From the NCBI RefSeq assembly GCF_016711335.1, contig NZ_JADJTF010000001.1, positions 2,321,401 to 2,385,400 of the forward strand: DNA of 64,000 nt. Reading direction: 5' to 3'. Below the pieces are notes generated by a model. That model was not told where the DNA came from, did no database searches, and worked only from the letters and a program-made list of their open reading frames with translations. Of the stretch, positions 28,107 to 39,391 are shown in pieces. Numbering within the stretch: position 1 is the stretch's first letter; each line of letters opens with the position of its first letter. Origin of the DNA: Thiofilum sp. (GTDB taxonomy: Bacteria > Pseudomonadota > Gammaproteobacteria > Thiotrichales > Thiotrichaceae). The position numbers were made by a program, and so were the translations under genes.

Positions 28107-28454
28107 ATGAAGCTAACACCAATCATATTATGGGTGTTGGGGATTGTGCTGTTTGTATTTAGTATTCGGATTTGGGTAGGGTCGGGAAGCTATCCTGAAA
28201 TCTGGGAATTAGAGCAGCGTATTCAAACCCAACAAGATGAAAATCAGCAATTAGCCGAGCGTAATCGCCAATTACAAGCCGATGTCACCAGTATTACGCA
28301 AGATAATGACACGATTGAGGATTATGCACGCAGTGAGTTAGGGATGGTTAAACAAAGCGAAACATTTTATCAGGTGATTCTTAAAAACCAGCCTGAAACC
28401 CCAATGTTAGCGCCTGCTCCTACCAATACCACTACTGGAGTACGTGTTGAGTAA
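28107..28454 (+). CDS. ftsB: Cell division protein FtsB
   Basis: ATG at 28107 preceded by agga. TM helix, then coiled coil LEQRIQTQQDENQQLAERNRQLQADV and the FtsB C-terminal motif DYARSELGMVKQSETFYQVI. Confidence 0.8.
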   Translation: MKLTPIILWVLGIVLFVFSIRIWVGSGSYPEIWELEQRIQTQQDENQQLAERNRQLQADVTSITQDNDTIEDYARSELGMVKQSETFYQVILKNQPETPMLAPAPTNTTTGVRVE

Positions 28455-29160
28455 TACTAAAGCATGGGTAGTGATTCCCGCTGCGGGGGTCGGTAAGCGT
28501 ATGCAAGCGGATCGTCCCAAACAATACTTAACCCTGCGCGGCAAAACGGTGCTAGAGCACACACTCGATTGTTTTGTCGAGCATGCAGTCATTGCCGGAA
28601 TCGTGGTCGTGGTCAGTGCGGATGATCCGTATTGGGGGCACTTAGAATTTGGGCACACCATTACACCGATTTTTCGTGCTGAAGGCGGTAAGGAGCGAGC
28701 CGATTCAGTGCTAAGTGGTTTGCGCTATTTAAGCGAGGTATTGCATCTAGAAGATGAAACCCTAGTATTAGTACATGATGCGGCACGTCCTTGCTTGAGC
28801 CAGACCGATCTCAATCACTTGGTAGCAGTAGCACAGCAAAACCCAGCGGGTGCATTATTAGGCTATCCAGTACGTGACACTATGAAGCGAGCGACAGAGC
28901 AGAGTTTAGTAGTACATACCGAACCTAGAGACAGACTATGGCATGCTTTGACCCCACAAGCCGCTCCTTTAGGGGTAATCAAACAAGCATTGGAACAGGG
29001 CTTAGCGGCGGGAACAGCGATTACGGATGAAGCCTCAGCGCTAGAGTCTTTAGGCTTAAAGCCCCAGCTAGTGGAGGGCGATGCTTGGAATATTAAAATT
29101 ACTCGCCCTAGTGATTTAGCTTTAGCAGAAATATTGCTGCAATTAAGAGAAGGGGACTAA
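28444..29160 (+). CDS. ispD: 2-C-methyl-D-erythritol 4-phosphate cytidylyltransferase IspD
   Basis: VIPAAGVGKRM (IspD P-loop-like motif), VHDAARPC. Classic position after ftsB. Confidence 0.85.
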   Translation: MLSNTKAWVVIPAAGVGKRMQADRPKQYLTLRGKTVLEHTLDCFVEHAVIAGIVVVVSADDPYWGHLEFGHTITPIFRAEGGKERADSVLSGLRYLSEVLHLEDETLVLVHDAARPCLSQTDLNHLVAVAQQNPAGALLGYPVRDTMKRATEQSLVVHTEPRDRLWHALTPQAAPLGVIKQALEQGLAAGTAITDEASALESLGLKPQLVEGDAWNIKITRPSDLALAEILLQLREGD

Positions 29161-30113
<953 letters not shown>

Positions 30114-30130
30114 CAAGATGTAGGTGCAGT

Positions 30131-30604
30131 ATGAGAATAGGACATGGTTATGATGTACACGCTTTTAGGGAGGGAGATTTTATTGTCTTAGGTGGGGTGC
30201 AAATACCCCATACTCATGCTTTTAAAGCACATTCTGATGGTGATGTATTAATTCATGCCATTTGTGATGCTTTATTAGGAGCTTGTGCTTTAGGGGATAT
30301 TGGCAAACATTTTCCTGATACCGCGAGTGAATATAAAAATATTGATAGCCGTATTTTATTACGCCATGTGTTTAGTTTGGTACAGGAAAAAGGTTATAAG
30401 CTAGGTAATTTAGACGGCACTATTATTGCCCAAGCCCCTAAAATGGCTCCGCATATTAATGCTATGCGAGAGAGTTTAGCGGCTGATTTGCAATGCTCGA
30501 TTGAGCAAATTAATGTTAAAGCTACTACGACGGAGCGTTTGGGATTTGAAGGACGGAAGGAAGGTATTTCAGCTCATGCAGTGGTTTTATTATTAATCAC
30601 TTGA
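30131..30604 (+). CDS. ispF: 2-C-methyl-D-erythritol 2,4-cyclodiphosphate synthase IspF
   Basis: [12 protein letters not shown]...[17 protein letters not shown] matches the IspF zinc-binding and catalytic motifs. Confidence 0.85.
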   Translation: MRIGHGYDVHAFREGDFIVLGGVQIPHTHAFKAHSDGDVLIHAICDALLGACALGDIGKHFPDTASEYKNIDSRILLRHVFSLVQEKGYKLGNLDGTIIAQAPKMAPHINAMRESLAADLQCSIEQINVKATTTERLGFEGRKEGISAHAVVLLLIT

Positions 30605-30655
30605 GCTATGGAATGTTCTACCTAGTTGAATAGATAGAACATTCAATCAGTGTGA

Positions 30656-31117
30656 TTATTGAGCCGCGTAAGCGCCTACACCACAGAAAAAGCCTTTATC
30701 GTTTTTCATTACATAGCTTTTCTTAGCTTTTAGGTCTTCAGTTCCGGGATAAGGCCATTTGTATTCAACCCAGCCTTTGCCCGCTTCGGATTTAGCCATA
30801 TCGATCATATTGAGGAACAGTTTATCGCCGTATTTATCGAAGTCTTTCATATTTTGACCGACTAATTCAGGCTTTACTGCATGAGATAACATTTTGCCTT
30901 CTAAATCCATACAAAATACGTATAGATCTTTTTCTTGATAGCCACCCGCTTTATCAGCGAATACAGTGAAAGCTTCTTCACCTTTTTCATTCACTAATGT
31001 AGCGGCTTTTTCACTCATCGCTTGCGCTTCAGCTTCCGTACCCATTTCATCCGCAGCTAACACATTAAGACTGAATGCAGTTAATGCAACACCTAAAACA
31101 TAGGTCAGTTTTTTCAT
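30656..31117 (-). CDS. Periplasmic Cache-like (sCache_2-type) sensor-domain protein
   Basis: Signal peptide, then YVFCMDLEGKMLSHAVKPELVGQN ... GWVEYKWPYPGTEDLKAKKSYV ... FFCGVGAY, the single-Cache pattern. No transmitter domain. Confidence 0.45.
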   Translation of the reverse strand: MKKLTYVLGVALTAFSLNVLAADEMGTEAEAQAMSEKAATLVNEKGEEAFTVFADKAGGYQEKDLYVFCMDLEGKMLSHAVKPELVGQNMKDFDKYGDKLFLNMIDMAKSEAGKGWVEYKWPYPGTEDLKAKKSYVMKNDKGFFCGVGAYAAQ

Positions 31118-31414
31118 TAGAAGGCTCCTCCTTCAGTTAATCAATCCTACTAGCAGCACTACACCACTACAGTGCAATGCCTAAAAAACTCTCTCTCAAG
31201 TCTTGAACAGAGTGTAGCGTAGTTTAGATTTTTTTAAAGAGGAATTACCTGAAATAGTCGACAATTTTATTAATTGGTTAATTATTAAAACCTATGGAAG
31301 GGCTTTGGAAAGAGCTTAGTTGATTTTGCAAGGGAGTACATCAAAAATATTGTCAACAATAACCGTAACTATTGAGACAAGAGCTAGTCCTCAAAGTAGG
31401 CTAGCTCCTGAGTT

Positions 31415-32587
31415 TTACGGTGTTTTGGTAGTGTCAGTCAGATGCACCATTTGATGCATCACACTATCTAAGCCGCCATACACATTAAGATTTTGCACAT
31501 TCGCGGTAATTTTTTCTAAAATTTCCAGCTCTTTCAAGCGCAATAGAATCGGATTACCTTCCATGACTTTGGCGGTGTTATGCAAGGAGCGCGTAGCCTG
31601 AGTTTCTTCACGACGTTTAATTAAATTAGCCTCAGCCTTTTTCTGTGCTTCCACTACTTCAGCTAAAATCGCTTTCATATCACCGGGTAAAATAATATCG
31701 CGTGCCCCAACACTTTTTAAGTTAAGACCGTACTCAGTGCATTTACTGCTGGCAATAGTGAGCACCTGTTGATTTAATAGATTTTTATCTTCTAATAACT
31801 CGTCCAAAGTTTGCGTTGATACCACACTGCGCAAAGCTAATTGCAATTCACGATATAAAAAGTCATGGACGTCAGCTAAGGCGGTTTTTACCAGCATAGG
31901 TTCTTGGATTAACCAAGTAGCTGATAAATTAATGCGTAAGCTCACTCGATCCTTAGTCAAAATTTCTTGACCATTGATTTCCATATTTTGCAGGCGCAAG
32001 TCCATTTGTTGCACTACTAAGCGTCGATTGAATGTCCACCATGCATGTTGACCACTCTTGAGAATGCTATATTGTTGTCCGTCAACCTCCAAAAATCCCA
32101 TGTGACCTTCTGGAATAATGGTGGATTGCACAGCCATATTAGCGGCACGCATGACTATAGTATCTTTGCTACTTAAAATCAGACGCGCTAAAGAGGGCGG
32201 AATAGTAAATTCATCTGTAATATCCAACCATTCAAAGGTTATAGGCTTATTAGGTTTCCAATAAGCGCCTTGACGTGCGGGAGGCAATAAGTCTTTCAGT
32301 ACTTTATTTTGATACACTAGCCCTACTTGGTGCATAGTGGTTGACCACTCAACCACATAATCTTTGAAAGCACTAGGGTAGTGAGCCATCAGATCTAACA
32401 CTTTTTCATCCGTAATCGGCTTTAAAGCTCCGCTAGTATCATAGAGTTGCAGGCTATAGTTGCCCTCCCAGAACCAAAAACTATAAACGCCAGACGTTAA
32501 AATACGTTGAAATTGTTGATCACGATACAAAAGACCTAACTGTCCTTCCGGCACAGTTACCTGTTGTTTTAATTGTAAAAAGCTCAT
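31415..32587 (-). CDS. SPFH/Band-7 domain protein (cytoplasmic, slipin-like)
   Basis: C-terminal DIILPGDMKAILAEVVEAQKKAEANLIKRREETQA plus heptad tail, typical of SPFH proteins. Duplicated N-terminal beta-rich modules (VPEGQLGLL / IPEGHMGFL). Confidence 0.55.
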   Translation of the reverse strand: MSFLQLKQQVTVPEGQLGLLYRDQQFQRILTSGVYSFWFWEGNYSLQLYDTSGALKPITDEKVLDLMAHYPSAFKDYVVEWSTTMHQVGLVYQNKVLKDLLPPARQGAYWKPNKPITFEWLDITDEFTIPPSLARLILSSKDTIVMRAANMAVQSTIIPEGHMGFLEVDGQQYSILKSGQHAWWTFNRRLVVQQMDLRLQNMEINGQEILTKDRVSLRINLSATWLIQEPMLVKTALADVHDFLYRELQLALRSVVSTQTLDELLEDKNLLNQQVLTIASSKCTEYGLNLKSVGARDIILPGDMKAILAEVVEAQKKAEANLIKRREETQATRSLHNTAKVMEGNPILLRLKELEILEKITANVQNLNVYGGLDSVMHQMVHLTDTTKTP

Positions 32588-32893
32588 GTTTGATTCCTTA
32601 ACAACACTTAGGCAAGTTTATGTTTGTCCTAGCTGTAAAATAATAATGTTTGAAGGAATATAAGCAGATGTCGTGCCAATGGTTATTGGTTAGTAATCAT
32701 AGACTGATAAGTAGTTGTTTACTTAGGGTATATTTATTTGTATGGGAAAATGATTAGGGTATTTTAGTGCTAAAGACTATTAGCAAGAAAGCTTTAAGCT
32801 ATCTTAAAAGATAGCAGCTATTTGAAAGACCATAGAAAGGACAGGTGAGAGGAGGAGAGCAAGAGTATAACTACAAGGTAGCGCAAAAACGCA

Positions 32894-34285
32894 CTACCTG
32901 TCGTCGTCATCATGATGATGGTGATGGTTAGAGGCTAGTTGAGCGCGACTGGGTAATTTTAAAAATAGCCCCGCTAAAAAGGCTAAAAACATAGCGTTAG
33001 CAGGCGTATGAGAGGTGAATTCTAAAATAGCATGCAGCATGAATAACAAAATCCCAATACCCGCCGCCACTTTAATAATTCGCTCCCGATCCCAGCGAGT
33101 ACCCCACATAGCCACCCAGCCCATGATATACACCACTAAAGTGAGCAAGAGTAAGACAATACCCAAAGCACCTATCTCTAGAATTAGCTCCAGATAGTCA
33201 TTGTGAGCATGGTTAATAAAATGTAATTGTTCGACTGGCTGGAAACTACGATAAATTTCTTGGAAAGTACTAGGCCCCGATCCTACTGGAAAGAATTCTT
33301 TAATAGCCTTAATAGTAGTTGCAAACATGCGCCAGCGCTCATCTTCTGCGGGGCTAGCTACAATAAAACGATTTAGGACTGGAACTAGACCTATACTAGC
33401 TAATAAAGCTGATCCTAATCCCAAAATACTAGCCACTACTCCAAAAGTTTTGCGTCCCCCCATATGAGGTGCAAAGGTAGGTAGGGTAATTAGAAGAGCC
33501 AAAATAGTAAGTAGTACACCTGCACGAGAACGCGTAAATACCGCACCCACTAAAATAATTAGTAATAAAACTAAATAAAATAGGGTAGTGCTGATACGCC
33601 ATTCATGAGTTTCTCGATGTTCATGATCTCTAGTTTTAAGCCCAATACTATAAATTGTCAGCCCTATTGCGATGGGTAAGCAGATGACCAGAAAGGTAGC
33701 TAGATGATCACGGTTACGATAAGTACCTTGTGAGCTGCGGCCAGTATCGGCAGAGAGCCATTTCAATACCTCTGCATTAGGATTGGTATATTGCATAAGT
33801 GCAAGCACAGCTTGGAAGCTAGCTAGTACTAACAATAAGATAACTAAATAATAACGTTGTTTGGCATTTAAGGTAGTAGTAGCGACTACAATAGCTATTA
33901 AAGGGAGCATAGCTAAAAAAGCATGCACTGTTTTATAAGGTATAACACTAATAGCTAAATAAGGCTTAAGATTGGCTTGTTGAGTTAACCATTGTAATGA
34001 TGCTTGATAACGTTCTCTACCTGGTAGCTCTATCCACCACTCATAAGGCAGGGGAATTAAATACACCAAAGGTGTAATAAAAATTAAAAACAATAATAAT
34101 AGGCTTAGTTTACTAATATGAGTGCGCCAATTATTCGTCCAAAATACCAGTAGTAATAATATTAAAGCCGCCGCTTCTAGAATGAATAATGACTCTAAAG
34201 TGCGGCCACTATATAAAATAGGAATAGCTAAAAATAGTAAGGTGATAATACCGGTAGTTAGCCATTGGGTTTTAGTAACACTCAT
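32894..34285 (-). CDS. O-antigen ligase-family (Wzy_C) membrane protein with a C-terminal H5D4 tail
   Basis: About 12 TM helices and a large loop carrying Wzy_C-type conserved R/H residues. Ends ...ASNHHHHHDDDDR. Confidence 0.65.
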   Translation of the reverse strand: MSVTKTQWLTTGIITLLFLAIPILYSGRTLESLFILEAAALILLLLVFWTNNWRTHISKLSLLLLFLIFITPLVYLIPLPYEWWIELPGRERYQASLQWLTQQANLKPYLAISVIPYKTVHAFLAMLPLIAIVVATTTLNAKQRYYLVILLLVLASFQAVLALMQYTNPNAEVLKWLSADTGRSSQGTYRNRDHLATFLVICLPIAIGLTIYSIGLKTRDHEHRETHEWRISTTLFYLVLLLIILVGAVFTRSRAGVLLTILALLITLPTFAPHMGGRKTFGVVASILGLGSALLASIGLVPVLNRFIVASPAEDERWRMFATTIKAIKEFFPVGSGPSTFQEIYRSFQPVEQLHFINHAHNDYLELILEIGALGIVLLLLTLVVYIMGWVAMWGTRWDRERIIKVAAGIGILLFMLHAILEFTSHTPANAMFLAFLAGLFLKLPSRAQLASNHHHHHDDDDR

Positions 34286-35604
34286 TCTTGGGGAATTCCA
34301 TTAGCATCTATAGGCACTATACTTAAATCGTCGAACCAAAGAGTACCATTAAACGTCTGTTTATTAGCATAGGGGCTAGCTGCTTCTAAGCGAATCAGTT
34401 GAGCTTTACAGGTTTCCTCTTCAGGAACAGTAAACCTTATACTCAAAGTACTCCATGCAGTCCGATCTTTAAGTGGAGTACTTTCTCCTAGCAAAGTTTG
34501 TTTAGCGTCCATACAGCGAATACGCCAACTTAAGCCCTCAGCCGTATCAAGTTTATCTATTTTATAAGCGAGCTTCAGCTCATAAAGCTTAGGTTCTAAT
34601 ACTAAAAACTGACTAATATGTTGAAATTTTATCGGCTCTACCGAGTTGCGTAGATTAATCCTAAGGGCTTTGGAACCCTTCATACCCTGTGTAATATTAG
34701 GTTCTATAGTAAATAATTTATGTTTTACTATACGCCAGTAAAATCCCCCCTTGTTATAATTACTATCTTCAAATCCACCATCGTATATATTACCGCCTAG
34801 TTTTACCTGATAATTCACTAAACTTTCTGTCCAAGCGAGTTTTGCTTCAGGCCAAAAGCCGTCTTTTATTAGACGCTCTACATAAATACTTAATTCGCGT
34901 ACTGTCAAAGCACTGTCTGAGGTGCGTCGAGTTTCAAATAATAGATCTAATAAATCACCATGCTCTGGCGATTGAGCAACAAAAGCAAAAAAGCGCTCCC
35001 ACCAAGGTGGTGGCTGTTGTATAAATGGTAAAAGCAAATGTTGAGCATTAGGATCGGCTGCTATTTGGAGTAGCACGGGGAATAGTTTTTTAGACAGATT
35101 AGGATCGCGAATCAGTAAAATATTCCATTCTTGGAGTAGCTTTTCTAAATTATTGCGCCTAGTCCAATAATCCGCTAGGTAAGCACGGTTTTGTGGATGA
35201 GCAGGCCATAATGCTGAAGCTATATCGGCTAGTTGGCTAGCGGTATCCATATCTTGTAGCTTTTCATAAATCCCTAGTAATTGAGCAAATCCATTACCAA
35301 AAGTGATATCTTGCTCTAGGGCTTTTAGGGCAAGCGTTTTAGCCTGCACTAATTGCTCGTCATTGACCGTTTGATTAATGTCGCCACTATAAAAGGTACG
35401 TGACTGCTCCCATAACGCTTGGCTACGTTGTACTTGCCAAGACTCTATCGGAGGAAATAAACCTTCCATCCCTTTGAAATCGGTTTCAGTATAGTCTGGA
35501 TAAGTAAAATCATTAGGTCCTACCCCTCCTAGGCGATAGGTTAATATTAAGTAGCCTAGACCTAAAAGGATTGCAATGAGAAAACTACGCCACAGCCAAA
35601 TCAT
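34282..35604 (-). CDS. Membrane-anchored hypothetical protein (helical repeat region plus C-terminal beta-rich domain)
   Basis: N-terminal TM helix, TPR-like helical middle, C-terminal beta-rich segment. Its stop overlaps the Wzy_C start, so it is likely co-transcribed within the polysaccharide locus. Confidence 0.45.
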   Translation of the reverse strand: MIWLWRSFLIAILLGLGYLILTYRLGGVGPNDFTYPDYTETDFKGMEGLFPPIESWQVQRSQALWEQSRTFYSGDINQTVNDEQLVQAKTLALKALEQDITFGNGFAQLLGIYEKLQDMDTASQLADIASALWPAHPQNRAYLADYWTRRNNLEKLLQEWNILLIRDPNLSKKLFPVLLQIAADPNAQHLLLPFIQQPPPWWERFFAFVAQSPEHGDLLDLLFETRRTSDSALTVRELSIYVERLIKDGFWPEAKLAWTESLVNYQVKLGGNIYDGGFEDSNYNKGGFYWRIVKHKLFTIEPNITQGMKGSKALRINLRNSVEPIKFQHISQFLVLEPKLYELKLAYKIDKLDTAEGLSWRIRCMDAKQTLLGESTPLKDRTAWSTLSIRFTVPEEETCKAQLIRLEAASPYANKQTFNGTLWFDDLSIVPIDANGIPQE

Positions 35605-38600
35605 TAGGCATTACTCGGCAAACGTTTACGACTGCTCTTAGCACCATAACTGTAATAATAATCATAGTTATAACCGTAACTAGAGCCTGTTTTCATCTTA
35701 GTCATAATGACACCAATCAAATTAGCATTCGCCTGACGTAAACGCTGATACGCATCTTCCAATGGACGTTTTTTACTTTGCGCATGTGCGGCTACTAAGA
35801 TAGTAGCACTAGCTCGGTTGGCAATAATCAATGCATCCGCTAGACCCATAACAGGGGGGGAATCAATGATAATCATATCAAAGCGATTAGGGGCTAAAGC
35901 AAAGAGTTCATCCATACGTTCACTGGAAAGCAGTTCAGCAGGGTTCGGCGCAAGTGGTCCTGCAGTAATAGCAAAGACGCCTTTCATAGGAGTATCTTGA
36001 ATCACTTCTTCAATGGTAGCTTGATGAGTCAAATAAGTACTCATTCCAATGCTATTATCAAGGCTCAAGCGCTTATGTAGGGTGGGTTTACGTAAGTCAC
36101 AATCTACCACTAGGATTTGTTTACCAGATTGAGCAAACACTGCAGCTAAGTTAGTACAAGTACTGGATTTTGCTTCACTAGGCATCGAGCTAGTAATAGC
36201 TAAAGTCAGAGGTGCGCCATGACTCGTGGAAAATAATAGATTAGTTCTCAGCGAGCGGAATGCCTCAGCCATGGCAGAGGTAGGATCTTGATAGCTAATT
36301 AAAGCCACGTCTTTATCAGCATGATGCTTAATGAGTGGTGTAATGCCTAATAAAGGTAGTTTAACAACCTTTTCTAAATCATTGGTGGTTTTAACGCGAT
36401 CATCAAGAAACTCTAATAAGAACGCCAATACCGTACCTAAAAATAAACCTAGCACTAAACCTAAGGCTAAATTGAGTTTAGTATTAGGTTTATGCTTTGC
36501 AAAAGGTATCACTGCGGGGTCAACTACGGATATATTATTGGCCTTGATACCGCCTGCTACACCAATCTCTTTAATACGCTGTAATAAGGCGTCATATAAA
36601 TTACGGTTGGTTTCCACCTCACGTTTGAGAGTGTTATAGCCAACACTTTTATCATTAAGTTCGGTTAATTCAGCTTTTTGCTTTTCCAAGTCTGCTCTTA
36701 AAGCGGCTTCGCGTTGTTGTGCTGCCTTAAGGGCGGACTCTAATTCATCGGTGCTGGTTTGCGTAATTTTATTAGTTTCATCTTGAATTTGTGCCCGTAG
36801 TCTACCAATACGCTCTTCAAGGTTCTTTAAGGTGGTTTTGGTAATTGTGGAAGATTCTTGAGTAATCTGAGCGCGTAACTGATCAATGCGTTGAGTTAAA
36901 TTATTCACTGTACTTGATTGTACAGTACGCGTTTCAACGGCGATTTGTGCTTCTAACTCACTAATTCTTTGTCTTAGATTATTCAGTGTAGTATTACTGA
37001 CAGTTTGAGTTTCACGTAGAATCTGAGCCTCTAATTCGGCAATTAATTGTTTAAGATTATTAATATTATTACCTTTTACTGTCTGCGTTTCAGCAGTAAT
37101 TTGACTTCTGATAGTATCAATTTTTTGTTTTAATTGTACCATCGTGGGGTAAAGTGGCTTATAGACTTGTAGTTTTTCTTGATATTCGGCTTGTAAAGTT
37201 TGTAGTTGGCGTGTTAAAGCTTGAATAGTAGGATCGGTACTCTGTACCTTGGAGGCTTTAACTTCTGCTTGATAATCACTTTGTAGCTTAGTTAGTTGTT
37301 GGCGTAAGCTAGTCACTACCGGATTATCACGGGCAGTAGAGGCTTTTAATTGGGCTTGATACTCACCTTGTAGCTTAGTTAATTCTTGGCGTAACCCACG
37401 TACCACTGCATTATCACGTGCCGAAGGAACACTTCTTTCAGCAATATAATCGCCCTCCAGTTTAGCTAATTCTTTGCGCAGGTTTTTAACCACTTCGTTA
37501 TCATAGGCAGTGGGAGCGGTTAGTTCAGCTTGATATTGGGTTTCTGCTTGAGCTAACTGTTTTTTAAGCTCTTGGATGGTAGAGTTACTGAGTGTTTTGC
37601 TCGCACCACTACTAGCACGAGTTTTTTCGTATTGACTTTCTGCCTTAATACGCTCGCTTTGAGCGTCTGATAAAGTCTTGGTTAAGTTTAATAGTGTTTG
37701 ACCTACTAAAGTTTGCTTATTTTCTGGGTCGACACTAATAATGCCTTTTTCTTTAGTAAAATCAACCAGTTTGCGCTCAGACTCATCTAGCTTACTTTTT
37801 GCCTTGATTAGTTCCGTATTTAAAAAGCCTTCTGCATAACTAGCCGCTTCACGCCGCCGCTCTAAATTCATTTGAATGAAGTTTTCGGTTAGCGTATTGG
37901 CAATACTAGCGGCTTTGACAGGATCAATATGGTCGTAGGAAACGGTGACAATTTGTGAGTTTTTGACAGGCGATACCGTTAAGCCTGCTAGAAACTTGTT
38001 CTCTAGAGGCGGTGCACCCAATTTTTTTGCTAACTCTTCAGGATTAGGCTTAGTGTTGGGTATAACAATATTGTTATTAGTTTCATCGACAATCTCAGTA
38101 TCACTGTTCTCAGAAACCGTATTGGTAGTACCACCGAATAGAGCTTTGACTTCATCTAGGGTTTCTGCAAAGAAAGGTTTAGCTAATTGTTCACCTGTTA
38201 AGTCACTTTCTAAGTTTAACGTATCAATAGTACGTCTAGCTAAGTTACGGCTTTGCAATAACTCATATTGAGTTTGATAAAAATCTTTATCATTGACACG
38301 AGTATCTTGTGCTTCAACACCGAACTCTAATAATTTACCGGAAGTCTCTGGCTGAATTTGCAGAGTGGCACTGGCTCGATAAATAGGCGTCATCATTAAA
38401 GTGGCAATAAGTGCTACCATAAACACTAGAGCAGCTATGGATATAATTAAGCCTTTACGTCTAACAATGACTTGCCACAATTCACGTAAATCAATTTCAT
38501 CATCCGCTTCATCATTACTAGGCTCTTGATAAGAGGCCGTAATGACTTGTTGGTTAGCTTGGGAGGGAAAAGCTTGGCGTCGCCCATACTCTGGCGCATT

Positions 38601-38615
38601 TAACTCGGCATTCAT
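35604..38615 (-). CDS. Polysaccharide co-polymerase / tyrosine autokinase (Wzc-like), 1003 aa with an expanded repeat coiled coil
   Basis: N-terminal Wzz-type TM region, very long periplasmic coiled coil with two families of tandem repeats, second TM, then C-terminal BY-kinase domain (Walker A TSSMPSEAKSST, DCDLRKP) and Tyr-rich tail SSYGYNYDYYYSYG. Confidence 0.8.
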   Translation of the reverse strand: MNAELNAPEYGRRQAFPSQANQQVITASYQEPSNDEADDEIDLRELWQVIVRRKGLIISIAALVFMVALIATLMMTPIYRASATLQIQPETSGKLLEFGVEAQDTRVNDKDFYQTQYELLQSRNLARRTIDTLNLESDLTGEQLAKPFFAETLDEVKALFGGTTNTVSENSDTEIVDETNNNIVIPNTKPNPEELAKKLGAPPLENKFLAGLTVSPVKNSQIVTVSYDHIDPVKAASIANTLTENFIQMNLERRREAASYAEGFLNTELIKAKSKLDESERKLVDFTKEKGIISVDPENKQTLVGQTLLNLTKTLSDAQSERIKAESQYEKTRASSGASKTLSNSTIQELKKQLAQAETQYQAELTAPTAYDNEVVKNLRKELAKLEGDYIAERSVPSARDNAVVRGLRQELTKLQGEYQAQLKASTARDNPVVTSLRQQLTKLQSDYQAEVKASKVQSTDPTIQALTRQLQTLQAEYQEKLQVYKPLYPTMVQLKQKIDTIRSQITAETQTVKGNNINNLKQLIAELEAQILRETQTVSNTTLNNLRQRISELEAQIAVETRTVQSSTVNNLTQRIDQLRAQITQESSTITKTTLKNLEERIGRLRAQIQDETNKITQTSTDELESALKAAQQREAALRADLEKQKAELTELNDKSVGYNTLKREVETNRNLYDALLQRIKEIGVAGGIKANNISVVDPAVIPFAKHKPNTKLNLALGLVLGLFLGTVLAFLLEFLDDRVKTTNDLEKVVKLPLLGITPLIKHHADKDVALISYQDPTSAMAEAFRSLRTNLLFSTSHGAPLTLAITSSMPSEAKSSTCTNLAAVFAQSGKQILVVDCDLRKPTLHKRLSLDNSIGMSTYLTHQATIEEVIQDTPMKGVFAITAGPLAPNPAELLSSERMDELFALAPNRFDMIIIDSPPVMGLADALIIANRASATILVAAHAQSKKRPLEDAYQRLRQANANLIGVIMTKMKTGSSYGYNYDYYYSYGAKSSRKRLPSNA

Positions 38616-38633
38616 TGGTTCTATTATCCCTGT

Positions 38634-39368
38634 TTAGTTAATTAATGTATTGAGGGCATTAATAGGGCTGATAAATGATGCAGCCTCTTTGATCCAATAA
38701 CGGCTATCAGAACGATGTACTACAATCCTATCATCATTTTGTAAATAAGGATCATTAAGCTGACCATTGCGAATCGCAGTAAGGTTGAGGCGGTAAGCTT
38801 TCACTTTATTATTAGGTAGGGTACGAAATAGTATCACTTTATCTTTAGAGGCTAAGGTAGTGGGGCCACCTGCTTGTGCAATAGCTTGCATTACGGTCAT
38901 AGCGCCTTCAATAGCATATACATTGGGCTTGGTGACCTCACCTTCAACAGTCACGCGCTGATTAGCTGCTTCTTTAACCAAAACGGTAATTTTGGGATTA
39001 TTTAAGCCTTCGGGATGATTGGAGTAGGCTTGCTCGAGCGCACGAGCTAATTCTTGCTGAGTCAAACCTTGGGCTTTGATTTCTTTAATGATTTGTAAAG
39101 CAATATAGCCACGCGAGTCGACTCTTACCTCTTGGTTTAAGCCTTCAGCAGGGAAGATTGTAATGGCTAATAAATCTGAGGCTCCAATCCGATATTCAGT
39201 TTGAGGAGGAACATAGCTCAACTCATTAATATTGGAAAAAATTTGGTTTCCATTATTCGTCGCAGGACCTGATGTAACAGGAAGACCACCACCTGTGCTA
39301 CAGCCTGCTAGGGCTAGACAGCATACAATAGATGTGAGATTTAGTTTTAGTTTGTTCATCATATCCAA
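38634..39368 (-). CDS. Polysaccharide export lipoprotein (Wza-like, Poly_export plus SLBB)
   Basis: Lipobox LALAGCS. Poly_export motif YRIGASDLLAITIF. A second SLBB-like domain follows. Confidence 0.75.
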   Translation of the reverse strand: MDMMNKLKLNLTSIVCCLALAGCSTGGGLPVTSGPATNNGNQIFSNINELSYVPPQTEYRIGASDLLAITIFPAEGLNQEVRVDSRGYIALQIIKEIKAQGLTQQELARALEQAYSNHPEGLNNPKITVLVKEAANQRVTVEGEVTKPNVYAIEGAMTVMQAIAQAGGPTTLASKDKVILFRTLPNNKVKAYRLNLTAIRNGQLNDPYLQNDDRIVVHRSDSRYWIKEAASFISPINALNTLIN

Positions 39369-39391
39369 ATTTACTATTCAATCGAAAATCA

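Noticed and set aside
32790-32815. Inverted repeat agctatctt-aaa-agatagc(a)gct downstream of the O-antigen ligase gene
   Set aside because: Only a weak U-tract on the relevant strand, so this is an uncertain terminator. Not listed as a feature.
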